Shown here piece after piece: positions 1 to 13,058 of a stretch of 64,000 bases of DNA. The translations under genes and the position numbers were made by a program. The notes below the pieces were generated by a model that did not search any database, was not told where the DNA came from, and was given only the letters and a program-made list of their open reading frames with translations. This stretch comes from Octopus vulgaris. Its lineage: Eukaryota. Location: positions 116,684,001 to 116,748,000 of the forward strand of contig OX597814.1 of assembly GCA_951406725.2 (NCBI GenBank). Direction: 5' to 3'. The stretch's first letter is position 1; every line of letters starts with the position of its first letter.

Positions 1-269
1 TCAATGATTTTAGACAAGCTCAGTTTTTGATTACACTTTTAAAATAAGAAGGTAACAAAATGGGATATAATTCATTCCGTTTCTTGCGTGAAATACTTAT
101 TTTCTCGACTTTAATTCCGGAAAAGAATGAAATAAACTTTTAGTGAACTGAACAGATATTCCAAAAGGAAATCGAGTTTATATAAATTTTTAGCTAAAAC
201 ATACCAACATTCGGCCTCTTTCTGAAATGTATATCAGAATATGATGAATATGTGGAGTATTTGTACCAT

Positions 270-478
<209 letters not shown>

Positions 479-1927
479 GAAGTCTAACTGTTCCCTCTAG
501 AACAGAGTCTATTACAATTGAATGTAAGATTTTACTTTCCTTTATTAGTGAAAGATAATCTAAGATGTGGGACATTGTAGGCGTGAGTGATAACGTTTAA
601 ATTCGTGTCTACATTAACCTAGCGTTCACCACTATCCATAAAAAACAATCGAAGGTCTTAATAGCAAGCGTAATTAAAAAAAATTCTGGATTTTATCCTC
701 TTGTAGTATCTTAGTATATTTTGGCAACAGGATCAAATTTCTTTTCTCTTTCCACGAGCATGATTATCCATCTTTGATATCTACTTACAGCTAAACAAAT
801 GAAGCCTGCAATATTTTAATCTTATCTTCTTGTGTAAATTCTATTGTGTATATTGGTGTAGATACGAACACACATTTACCATTGTTTCAGAAGCCCAAAA
901 TTTCACCAAGAGAAACATCAAAACGATGAATTCTAAAAACTTTTGAAACAAACTATGTCTAAATGACAACTCTTTATTAACAGTATTTTTTAGTAAACAA
1001 TAACGGTTTGTTCTCCATTAAAAACATTCTTTCAGATCTATTTCCCCGCAAGATTGGTTGGTTAATTAGAATGATGCCAAATATAATGATAGCTCTTGAA
1101 ATATAAATTTACTAAAATCTTTTATTGCTGTTTGAAATCCATTGAATTTGGTAGCTGATAACGAAAGACAATGTGAATAATAGGCACACACGTAAGCACG
1201 AACACAGATATACATGGTTATAAAAATGTCGTACATAACGCAATAGAGAACAATCACTTATGCACACTTTTATTCAGATAAATCAACGTTCATCTATAGA
1301 ATTTAATTTGTAACGACAAGACTATTTTTTGTACGAAACAGAAAGACTTGAGCGAATGAATCAAATTGTATCACATTAAATTACATTTATTGAATCGCAA
1401 CTCTATGAAAGTGTTGCACACACTGAAGCTATACTTAACAGAAGAGAATGCGATGGAAAATTTACGAAAAACATTATTCAGAAACGAAGCAAAATATTTC
1501 ATTTCAACAAAATATATTACTATCTCTTTGACAATGCTATAAGCTTATAATAGCTGCATTCTAGTTGACAATATATGGGTAGCATTTTATTTGAGGAGGA
1601 GTTGCGAGATGGTGTGAATTGTACTCATAATCGTGAGAAGAGCAACAATCGCATAAAAAATTATAATCGAATTAATTAAAATAAGATTCACTCGCACTTA
1701 CAGACACGGTTCTTCCAAAGTAAACTAATTGTAAATATTAAAAAATTAGAAAATAAACAATTAGTATTATTTCCGAAAATGGAAAAAGCTCAATATTTTA
1801 ATTCCCTCAGACCTAAATTTATATGTAACAATATATTTATGAGAGTCACTTAGCTTGTTCAACGATAACAAAGATTTTGACGTAAAAAATATATACATTC
1901 ATATATACAAACACATAAATACATACA

Positions 1928-1975
<48 letters not shown>

Positions 1976-2229
1976 TACACATGCAGGCATACACTCTCTC
2001 ACACACACACTCACATTTATATATGTTTTGAGGATTTTTCTTTACTGCCCAGTCCTTATATGACTGACATTTCTACTTTTGTTGAACGTATGGACATGCG
2101 GTTCACTTTCATTACTTTGACCACTTGGCATTAGCCATCGTTTGACACTTGTTAGCTAACATTCTTTTTTTCTGTTTACAACATGTCAGTCAACCTTCCT
2201 CATATTTATCTCTCTTATCGCTTTCATCT

Positions 2230-3558
2230 TTCATTTCTTGAGGATAGATTTGAAAATAAAAACACTCGTTTTGTACTCGACTATGAAAATATATGTGGCG
2301 GAATTTATATATTAATACGCTTATACCGTCGGAGTTTATCACTGAAGGGAGATAAGTCAGGAGTAAATTTGAATTATTTCCCTTGGATTCTGGACTGGCA
2401 TTGTTACAATACTCTTGAATAGTGGTAAAACTCTTCACAGCATATTCAAGCTTCCAGTTCCTTTGAGTGAGAGAAGTTTCTGCAATGTTCCACCAAAGTC
2501 TGATCAAGGAAACATTCTGATGCGAGCGAAAGTCTTTATTATTGACGACGCTTCAATGAAACCAGTTTATGCTTTGAAAGCTATAGATAATTGTATAAGA
2601 GATATTATGAACAGTAATATTATATTTGGTGGGAAAATTATCGTACAAGGAGATTTTAGAAAAGTTCTTCCAGTTATTCCCAGAGCTCCTCCTGCAGCTG
2701 TACTTGATTTCTGCCTCAAACGCTCCTCTGTGTGGAATAAATTTCATGAAATGCAACTTATGCAACACATGAGAACAAATGCAAATGAACAAGATTTTCG
2801 AGGTGGCTACAACAACTTGGAAGTGGATTTCTTCAAAGCTCTCTTGATAATCTCGCAGAAGATATTATTGATATTCCTGAGGCATGCATATGTAACTGTT
2901 CTTTGGTATCTGATATATTTGACAATTGTACAGCAGAAGAAGTGAAAAATAGAATAATCTAATCCCTTAAAATTCGGACTGTTTAGCAGTAAATGAAGAA
3001 AGTTTAAGAAGATTGCCAACTGAAACTAAGCACCGACTCAGTAAATTCTGATAATGAAGAAGAAGCCCAGAATTATCCCATGGAGTTTATAAACTCTCTT
3101 ACACTTTCTGGAATGCCTCCCCATTACACTTATTAGAAACCTCTCTATAACACAAGGTCTATGCAACGGAACTCGCTTGGAAATTCTTCAGCTCCACAAG
3201 CATAGCATAGAAGCGTCAATTAAGTGGATCTCATTCTCACATGACAGTACTGATTCCAAGAATAAAACTTACTCAAAGCGATGCAAACATTCCATTCGCT
3301 TTGCATCAGACCCAGTTTCTCGTTTGTCTGTCCTATTCTATGACAATCAATGAAGCGCAGATGAAAACATTCGATAGAGTTGACATACACTTTTCACAGC
3401 CATGCTTCACTCACGGCCAGCTTTACATAGATTTTTCAAGGGCAAGGGCGATGAAGATGCGTGAGGGTTAAAGTGATACCTCAAAACGAACCCACTCATG
3501 GTCCCAGAAGGTGTATCACCTACACTAGGAACATTGTATATACAGGGAAGTGCTGTAA
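2230..3558 (+). pseudogene. Degenerate Helitron RepHel Pif1-family helicase (C-terminal part), with frameshifts and stops
   Basis: Motifs WTGIVTILLNSGKTLHSIFKLP, IIDDASM, FGGKIIV-GDFRKVLPVIPR, YPMEFINSL..SGMPPH, GLCNGTRL, VLIPRIKL, YSMTINEAQ, FTHGQLY..FSRAR, ending TRNIVY/YREVL* at 3558. Confidence 0.92.
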
Positions 3559-3603
3559 CTGTTGTATTTAACATATACTTTCACAGAATAATTTAATATA
3601 TAC

Positions 3604-3858
3604 TTACTCTCTTTACTCTTTTACTTGTTTCAGTCATTTGACTGCGGCCATGCTGGAGCACCGCCTTTAGTCGAGCAAATCGACCCCGGGACTTATTCTT
3701 TGTAAGCCCAGTACTTATTCTATCAGTCTCTTTTGCCGAACCGCTAAGTGACGGGGACATAAACACACCAGCATCGGTTGTCAAGCAATGCTAGGGGGAC
3801 AAACACAGACACACAAACAGCAAACACAGACACACAAACAACAAACACAGACACACAT
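3604..3858 (-). mobile_element. tRNA-derived SINE family A, 3' part (no head)
   Basis: Matches the longer copies at 20343-20741 and 31646-32040 (ttgactgcggccatgctggagcaccgcctttagtcgagcaaatcgacccc). Confidence 0.85.
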
Positions 3859-3959
3859 GTTAATAAATATAACATAAAGGGTAATAGAATTTTTCATTAA
3901 CCAAAATAGTACCAAATTTAACAATTTTAATTACATTATAACTACATACTAGACGATAT

Positions 3960-4700
3960 TTAAATTGTTCATAAATCTGTTCAAGTAGAGAGCATATTAA
4001 ACATGCTGACCATGAAATCATTAATGATATACGATTAACCATTTTTAAAGGAATATACGTCTAAACCTTTTTTTAATGAATTGATTCTATGTTCAGTCCC
4101 TCGAATTCGGTGCGCCTGTATACTTGTTGAAGTAGTTTGTCTTTAGAGTCCGCTTACGGCGTGAAGCTTTACTTATAATAATAGCCTTCATATAATAACG
4201 TATTTCATATATAAAGAATAAACTTATATACTTTGTATTAATTGTTTTCCTTAATTGGATTTACACGCTGGCTGCTTAATAAATATATCTTATCCTTATA
4301 TTTTATTTATAAATATTAAAGCGGAATAATAACAGTGCTGAATTATTTCGGTTACACACACATGGCTGAGATGAACAAGACAGAAGTCCCTTTCATGGAT
4401 ATATAAGTACGAACATTTGTACATGCTCTACTACATACGAAATGCTTGTATGGTATGTATAGCTGTTTAATATTTATAGTTTCGTGCATATGTTCGTACT
4501 GATGAGTGGAGAGCATGTCATATATGCTGACCATGAAATCATTAATAATATACGACTAAACCTTTTGTAAGGAATTTCTTCTATGTTCATTCCCTCCAAT
4601 TCGGCGCGTGTGTATACTTGTTGAAGTAGTTTGCCTTTAGAGTCCCCTTGCAGCGTGAGGCTTTAATTATAGTAATAGCCCTTGATATAATAATTATACA
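3960..4700 (+). repeat. Direct repeat (~3987-4197 vs ~4508-4692) with an HHR motif at the start of each copy; candidate retrozyme
   Basis: Shared atgctgaccatgaaatcattaat...tatacttgttgaagtagtttg..tttagagtcc; the GAAA boxes at 4014 and 4535 are 521 bp apart. Confidence 0.85.
4494..4555 (+). ncRNA. Type I hammerhead ribozyme, intact core
   Basis: Stem I tcgta/tacga; CTGATGA 4499-4505; stem II gtgg/ccat with inner agcat/atgct; GAAA 4535-4538; near-palindromic stem III ATCATTAATAAT; cleavage triplet AUA. Confidence 0.8.
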
Positions 4701-4873
4701 TATATAATTTAGAGACACACCGCTATTTAGTTATTCAATTTAATTGTGAAAAGATATCTATAATAACCACATAGAAAATAATTAAATAACTTATAATTAT
4801 TATTCTAAAAATCTCATAGTAAATCAAACAGTTTGTCTCCAAATTCTCTCTCTGTCTCTCTCTCTCTCTCTCT

Positions 4874-4910
<37 letters not shown>

Positions 4911-4911
<1 letters not shown>

Positions 4912-6361
4912 TAGCATTATGACCCGTCGTTGCCGGGTCATAGTGCTAGTGCATGTATATATGTGTATATATATGTGTACTTATTACATGTACATCTATA
5001 TATATACATCTCTTTCTATATAAACGGTAGTTTGTCTGTCTGTGTATCTGTGTGTCTGTCAGGTTGTACCCTCACCCTGACCAAGTTCTGAAAAAAATCG
5101 ATAAATTCGACATGGGGTCGAGAATCAGAAACACAAACCACAGACTGTCTAGGGGACGCAACTCGACCTTTTTAACTGTCAAAAAAAATTTACCATAATT
5201 TTTTTGCTATTTTTTGGCTATAACTCTCTAAAAATGCTTTATAGTTATTTCCCTTACAAACCCGAGCAACGCCGGGCGATACTGCTAGTCTACATATAAA
5301 ATACAAAATACAAAGCTATATCTTGATATCGCTAGTGATAACAATACTCAAAATATATAACAGACTGGAATTGTAAACCCGTCTCTTGCAATTTCGATCA
5401 ATTGTATCTTGACCTCCCTCTTGTATAGAAGTATGGCTACAATCCAGCCTACCTCTACTGCTGGGGAAGAGGCATTTTAAATTTTTATCCGGGACGTCCT
5501 ACGTCCAGATATAAAGGTAAAAATAAAATATTTCCACTTTGCAAGTTCGAGTCGAGTACTCCCTTGCACGCTCCGTTGACTCGAACCTCGCTCCTATCGT
5601 GGCCAATTTGCCGCCTCTGTTTAGATATCTTTCATAGTTGCACCAAGACACTTTTCGATGGCGCTTTCCTCCAGGTGTTCAGATCTTTTTCTCTACATTG
5701 TATACTTTATAGACAATAGTCTTTTCTTTAATTAAATTTTTTATTATCAATCTGGACTATTCCATTTCTGCACGCTAATTTTATTTTTAATTTATTCGCA
5801 TTCAGGTGAAACCACTTATTCAAGTTCAAGTCATTGATGCAATTTTATACCAATTGCTATTTTTACTTTTGTTATGTTACGATTATATTATACTTTAGTT
5901 TGATTTTAATTATTACTTACTACATATAATTCAATTGTTATTATTATTCTTATTGTTAAAGTGAAAGCATCTGACATAAAATACAGAAATGTTTTTGTTT
6001 CACTTTTAACACGTACTACTGAAATAGTGGAGAAGATATGATATTGCTATGGGCTCGCTCTAGGCAAGAGGTTGAACATTTTTTTTTGCCCATGAAACTA
6101 CATGGACCCTAAGTAAGGCATGTGTAAAATTTGAATGGAATTGGTTGTGTAGTTTTCAAGCTTTAGGGAATCGTAGTGGAGAAAATATGATATTGCTGTC
6201 CCCAGGCAAAAAGTTAAAATATTTTGGCCGATGACACTCCCTGGACCCTAAGTAAGGCATGTGTAAAATTTGAATGAAATTGATTTTGTAGTTCTCAAGG
6301 TTTAGGGAAACACACAGACAGACAGACAGACAAACATTCTCAGTTTTATATATATATAGAT
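4911..6361. mobile_element. Nested non-autonomous Helitrons: a + copy at ~5016-5288 and a - copy probably running from 6360 to 4911
   Basis: 5' ends TCTATATA...GTCTGTCTG at ~5016 (+) and 6360 (-); 3' hairpin+CTAG ends at 5260-5288 (cccgagcaacgccgggcgatactgctag) and 4911-4948; internal duplication 6025-6170/6174-6310. Confidence 0.75.
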
Positions 6362-6451
6362 ATAATATATTTTGAATTTTGATTTAGCGTGCTAAATTGG
6401 AAATTTTCCCTCTTAGCTTGGAATTATTACATTCCCTAGCTATTAATAATA

Positions 6452-6498
<47 letters not shown>

Positions 6499-6508
6499 GT
6501 ATATGTAT

Positions 6509-6541
<33 letters not shown>

Positions 6542-6647
6542 CATATATGTACATATGCATATATAATGCAAACAAATTCACTATCCAACAAGATTTTTCC
6601 CCAAACGTGAAACTGAAGAGAGATAATGGCTTAAAATGTGTCATCTA

Positions 6648-7025
6648 CACTACCGTCAGAAATTAATTAGCACCCTTGATTTGCTCTTCACTCAAGGTAT
6701 GTGCTGTCACCTAGTGGCCATATCTCGAACTATTGCTTTGTTGCGAGTTCACTGTTGCGCAGAACGATGACGTAACTTTGTTTGCAGAGCATTTTGAGAG
6801 TCTACACCCTTATGATGTTGACATAGCAGTGCAACAAAACTTGGAGTGCGGATGCAGACAAATCTTCCTTTGTTAATAGATATAGGTAGCGCCTCGCAAG
6901 GACCGAAATCACACCATACTAAGTTTTCTCATCGCGTAAGACGTTTTGAACAGCTCATAGGTTAATTGATTTAACCTATTTAATGTAGAAATTTGAGAAG
7001 TGCTAATTAATTTCTGAAGCAAGTG
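6648..7025. mobile_element. Tc1/mariner-type MITE
   Basis: TIRs cactaccgtcagaaattaattagcac / gtgctaattaatttctgaagcaagtg, flanked by TA on both sides. Confidence 0.75.
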
Positions 7026-7231
7026 TAAGTGAAGTTCCCGTTGATTTCTTCTTTTCTACACGAGAATATTTTCGTGCATTGCCGAGATGTTCTGTGTTTT
7101 CATGAAAAATGAAACGAACACGTCTACAATAGGTTTCTTAACATGAAACCAATGGTAGACTCGATGTTCAAAAAAAGAAATTTCATCCACCAATGCGGTG
7201 TTGAGCACTCACTCTCATTGTTCGTGTTTTA

Positions 7232-7374
7232 CGTATATGCATATAGATATGTATATATATACATACGTACATATATATGTATATATATGTATATATATAC
7301 ATATATATACATATATATATATATATATACGTACATATATATGTATATATATACATACATATATATATACATAC

Positions 7375-7407
<33 letters not shown>

Positions 7408-7495
7408 CATACATATATATATATACATACATATATATATATATATATACATATATATACGTATATATATATACATATATATATACATACATATA
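7232..7495. repeat. Long TA/TACA microsatellite array
   Basis: Direct inspection. Confidence 0.97.
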
Positions 7496-8599
7496 ATGTA
7501 AACAAAATAAGAGTGCAAGGAGTTTGATTAAATATTAAGTTAAAAAAACAAAATAAATGCAGAAGCAAACGAAAAAAAGGTCATGGAATGTCAAGAAATC
7601 CTAGTCAGTTATCTGCCAGTAGGTCAAGCGCAATTTCACGGTTTCATCGAAATATTTCTGCCCTTTTGTGACGCTGACAACCAGAAGCCGCCGCGAAATA
7701 TAAGGCCACGAAAAAGGATCAAAACAATATACAAAGTAAAGAAACAATCAAGAAATAAACAAAAATGCCATACTGGAGAGTCGAGGGACGAAGGCAAGCA
7801 AGCCAACTTAGGAACAAACTGAAATAAATAAGCAGAATATGGCGTTAGGGTGAGACAGGAGACAAATTCATGATTAACGCCAGGAGAAATGTCTAAAGAA
7901 TTAGAACTAAAAGGACCACAGAGAGACAGTGAAAAGCGGGACGATCGCATCGGTGGTCGGCGTGAAAAGGAAAAAGATAAAAGATGAGAGACCCTGCAAT
8001 GTCTAGGATTAAGGAAAAAGTTTTTTATTGTTCAATCACTTTCGGAATTACAACAATTAGTGGCTTGGAGTTTAACTGCTCTTTCTAGTGAGTCAGATAT
8101 CCTATTCTTTGGGTATCTCTTTTGTGTTTGAATGTAAACTTTATTCTTCTCTGAATAATCTATAGTCTATTGACTATTTTTTTCTTCTTGCTAGACCACT
8201 GGTAACTAAGAATTTTTTTCGATAAATATTCTTGCTACCCTAAGATTTTAATTAATATATTTATATTGAAATAGAGTAAAGAGATACAATACACGGAACT
8301 GTGGCATCGGTGACCTTCCTAATAACATGGTTTCCATAATTTGCGTAGTCATGCATTAACTCAGAACAAAATACTTTTCTCAACTTTGCGTCACCTTTCC
8401 TCACCTATTGTTGTGTTCTCCATATTTTTTTTATCTATGCAGTACTACCATATATCATCCTCACAAACAAGAAACTAATAAAAATGAATTCTCGTTATTT
8501 TTTTCTCAGTTACATTTGCTTGATTGTTGTCACCTCGGGTATTGAAAAAGAAGACAGTATAAGAAGTTCACATTTTTTTTATTAACAATTACGCAGCAT

Positions 8600-8880
8600 A
8601 TAAAAGTGTCACAGCTTTGTTAATCGAAAATTTACATTCTAAGAAAGTTATTTAGATATATTAAAGAATTAATTACTCGGAGGAATTACGAAAGTTATCT
8701 CCAGTAATGCAAAACAAAGAAATAACCAAATATCGACTTACAAAGAAAAATGGTGTTTATTTTATATAACAGTCTTAAGAACTCGTGGTTAAAAATAAGT
8801 TCATATAACCAACTCAATATTTTGTAAAACAAGTTTTTATAATATATTGAAGTTTTGGTGCAGCGCCATCAATTTCGAAG
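8600..8880 (+). repeat. Unclassified interspersed repeat, second copy at ~34396-34650
   Basis: Shared ataaaagtg.caca...aatcgaaa...aattactcggaggaattac...ccagtaatgc...aaacaagtttttat. Confidence 0.75.
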
Positions 8881-9098
8881 GAAGATATAAGTCGATTATA
8901 TCGAACCCTGTACTAAACTGGAACTTATTTTATCGACTCTGAAAGGATAATCGGCAAAATAACCCCCCCCACCCGGCGGCATGTGATATGTATAAACATG
9001 TGTGTGTGTGTAATTGTGCATGTGTTTCCGATAGGTGCCTATCGTAACGTTTGCCCACTATTCAAAAGAATTAACATTTAAATAGCATACGCACACCT

Positions 9099-9132
<34 letters not shown>

Positions 9133-9218
9133 TTAATCATATTAAAGGGAAATGAAAATGAAAATTTACATTTCCAGTGGTCTAACGTGTAAAACATTCA
9201 GTCCAAAAGACTATATAT

Positions 9219-9741
9219 TAGTCATACGATATAGAGAATATTTAAACACATGAGGAATCCACTTGTAGGAATTCAACATGCTAGAAAAAACAGCTACGTT
9301 CTATAACCTCAAAAATTAGGGATAAAATTCGACAGGAACGAAATGAAAAATAAAAAAAACATTTTACCATCTAGTTTCCTGGATCAGTTGGTTTCTGATT
9401 TTAGCTAAGCGAGTCAAGGAACTCGCCAGGTGCAATCTTCTTCAGCAGGAGCACCTAGGGTTAAACGTAAACACACAGGTCGATCAAAACTCCTTGCCCC
9501 GTATTTATACGTCCTAACCTTTTCAAAATCTACTGCGCAGCCGCAGTCCTTCGTTGGCAATAAAAAAAGCAATTCGTCCACGAAACTAGATGGTAAAATG
9601 TTTTATTAATTTTTCATTTCGTTTCTGTCGAATTTTATCCCTAATTTTTGTGGTTATAGAACCTAGCTGTTCTTTCTAGCATATTGAATTCCTATAAGTG
9701 GATTCCTCATGTGTTTAAATATATACTATATCGTACGGCTA
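9219..9741. mobile_element. MITE with ~165-bp terminal inverted repeats in TA context
   Basis: 9219-9383 is the near reverse complement of 9577-9741 (atttaaacacatgaggaatccactt...cattttaccatctagtttc). Confidence 0.85.
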
Positions 9742-10685
9742 TATATATATAAGGGGAGGGAGAAGAAAGAGACGGAGAAACAGATGGAGAGAGAGAAAGT
9801 GAAAGAGAGAGATATAGATTGATTGATAGAAAAGTAGACAGACAGATGAACTAATGTTGTACAGAAACAACCAACGTATCTATAGGTAGGTCGACATCTA
9901 ACAAACATGGCTGTCACTTAAATTCATAAACAAATTTATCGAGAAACACCAGTCTGGATTAGATTGGAACTCAGGGTTTGGGTACCAGAATAAATAAAGT
10001 AAACTTTTTACGTTTTCCCTCAGTATCCTTTATCATCCCATTCTTCTTGCAAGTGTAGGCTTTATTGTGCTCATAAAAAATATATTTCTGGAAGCAGATC
10101 ACAATTGATATGAGTAAATATGTTGCCTGCTGGGAATAGTTCCTCTCCTCTACGATTCGGCTTTACTGATGTCAATGTTGACTTTGTTTCAATCACTAAA
10201 GTGGAATTAGTGAAAAATCGAAATGTCCCGTTAGACATGGCTGTCAGATTGGACAGATTTGCAGTCGCATAAGCCTTGATATATTTTGCACACATCTCAT
10301 GTGGGCACTCCCTTTATACCGTACTTAGCTCTCTCTCTTCTAATTCAATCCAATAATCAATGAAACAAATAATACATTTATCAAAAAGATAAACGCTTTG
10401 TTGTTGTAATGCGTTCATTTATAATTTTACTGGTTGTATTCATTTCCATGGATGTTAAAATAATAACAGCTGTGACTCATCTGGATTCTTTAATGAAATT
10501 TCTATCTTGGACAACGGTAATCTTGGACAGTTATTGCTTTAATTCGTCGTTTTCGAGAGATTCGTCGTTTAAGAGAATATTATAGGACAAAAATTCTACA
10601 TATTTAGCAAAATCAAAAGCTTTAATATAATAGCAAGGAGCGATCCACGTTGATCGTGCTGGCACTCAGATTTTATCTCAATGGA

Positions 10686-10907
10686 TACCTATTTCTTTAC
10701 TGCCCACACGGGGCTACACACAGAGAGAACAAACAAGGACAGACAAACGGATAAATCAATTATATCGACCCCAGTGCGTAACTAGTGTTTAATTTATCGA
10801 CCCCGAAAGGATGAAAGGCAAAGTCGACCTCGCGGAATTTGAACTCAGAACGTAACGGCAGACGAAATGCCGCTAAGCATTCTCCCGGCGCGCTAACGAT
10901 TCTGCCT
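10686..10907 (-). mobile_element. tRNA-derived SINE family B
   Basis: atcgaccccgaaaggatgaaaggcaaagtcgacctc core plus gaatttgaactcagaacg B-box-like head; copies at 12494-13058 and 44863-45259. Confidence 0.85.
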
Positions 10908-12493
10908 TATTTTATCTCAATGGATACCATTAGGGATAGAGCGTCACTAATATCAGGTCTGTTATTTTGACGATTGTTTTTTAAGGACACTAGTATTGTA
11001 CGTTTGCTACAAGTATAGCTGCACGGTGAAACATTTCACTAGTGTTCCATTGTCGATTCGAAAATGCTTAAGTAAAATAAAGAAAAGTTATGTTTTTTAT
11101 TTACTCAAAATCATGAAACAGTGGCTGCAATAAGTTATCAAAACACTATAGAATCGGCTTTTGTGTGGATGTGGAACTCCCCTTAGTTCCACTAAATGTT
11201 ATATTTCATGATGTGGTCAAAGGACGAGAGTGAGTTTGTAACTTTCACAGATCTCTGAGATCAGAAAAAATATCTGCAACTCCTTGATGGAGACACAAAA
11301 CGCAAGGGGAATTGAACAGTTCTAGAGTGTTTGTGACAAGAGCAATGAGAGTTGGTCCGAATAGCAAGTGAGAAGCTTGTGCTGGGTATAATTTTGGCGA
11401 TGAAAGTAGGAGAGAAGGTGTGTCTGAGTTGAAATATATGACAGAGAACAGCCTAGGTGTAGAAATGACAGTGTGGAGACGGCTTATTGGCGCATGGGCC
11501 TGGAAGAGAGCTGTTTATGTATCTTACATAAATATTCCAGGATCGATATGGAAATTAGTATATGATGACAGATAAAAAAGGTTTTATGTAGTTTCCTCGA
11601 AAAATGATAAGACATAATTATTCTATAAAAAGTTAAACCAGTGATAAAATCACCATTGGACTGTTGGGAGCAAACGTACAGTAATATCTGTTAAAAAAGA
11701 ATAAGTAGATATGTGTCAGTCCTAACCAACAACTAAAAGGTTGTGACAGTTCATCGGAACACTGAGTCTTCTTATAAATCTCACCACAAAATTAGAAAAG
11801 AAATCTTTGTTTACATTAATCACTGAGGACTAGTATTTTAAAGTCGAAGCAAATGGTCATATTCTATAATTGAAGCAAACACTTAAATGGAATCGATATT
11901 TCACCTCGATCGTAATATATCTTCAAAATAAAAAAAAGGAGAGGGTGAAAATACTTCTTTTGTCATAAAATTCTTTATTGGCTGTAAGAAAATTAATGAC
12001 TGGTCGCTTGAATCCGTTTTCAAAAATTATTATGTACCGACGTTAATGGGGATTATTTACGTAAATAATTTCGTTGCGATTTCGAGTTTTCAGAAGTGTA
12101 CCTCCTGTAATATTGTTTTCGCAACGAGTAAAAAGCAGTCCCTTAGTTAAAAAATATAAAACTTTAAAACAGCGAACGACAAATAATTAACTTATTTTCG
12201 CCAAACTTTAATTTTCTTTCAAAAGCAAATATAATCGATCTATTGTTCCATCATCAATTGAATAGGAGTAATAAACAATAAGGTCATCTGAAAGATCAGA
12301 ATTGTAATTAGCAATGTATTCTACAGAATTTATTTAACTTTACTCCATATATTTGAATTGGGCATTCGATTGCAATCGGAATTAGGATTCTAGGCAATCA
12401 AGATTTTCTTAAATATTGTTATGCAATCTGTAAAGTGAAATTGCATGAAACTTGAATCAGTCAGCTTTTTCTGACCTCAGCATGTCGATACAA

Positions 12494-13058
12494 TACCTAT
12501 TTCTTTACTACCCACAAGGGACTAAACACAGAGTCAACCTCGGCGGAATTTTAACTCAGAACGTAACGGCAGACGAATTACCGCTCAGCATTTCGCCCGG
12601 CTTGCTAACGATTCTGCTAGCTAACGATTCTGCCTTATCTCGCCGACTTATTCGAGAAATATTCTTTTCTACTCTAGGCACAAGGCCCGAAATTTTAGGG
12701 GAGGGGGTAGTCGATTAGATCGACTCCAGTACGTAGCTGGCACTTCATTTATCGACCCCAAAAGGATGAGAGGCAAAGTTGACCTCGGTGGAATTTGAAC
12801 TCAGAACGTAACGGCAGACGAAATACCTATTTCTTTACTACCCACAAGTAGCTAAACACAGAGGGGACGAACAAGGACAGACATACAGATTAAGTCGATT
12901 ATATCGACCCCAGTGCGTAACTGGTACTTAATATATCGACCCCGAAAGGATGGAAGGCAAGTCTATCTCGGCGGAATTTGAACTCAGAACGTAACGGCAG
13001 ACGATATACGGCTACGCATTTCGCCCGGCATGCTAACGGTTCTGCCAGCTCGCCGCCT
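12494..13058 (-). mobile_element. Tandem/dimeric SINE family B cluster
   Basis: Three head segments and repeated atacctatttctttactacccacaag junctions. Confidence 0.85.

Noticed and set aside
11130-11850. Possible CR1/L2 and Gypsy pol remnants (PTTKRL*QFIG)
   Set aside because: Too degenerate to delimit or classify by eye
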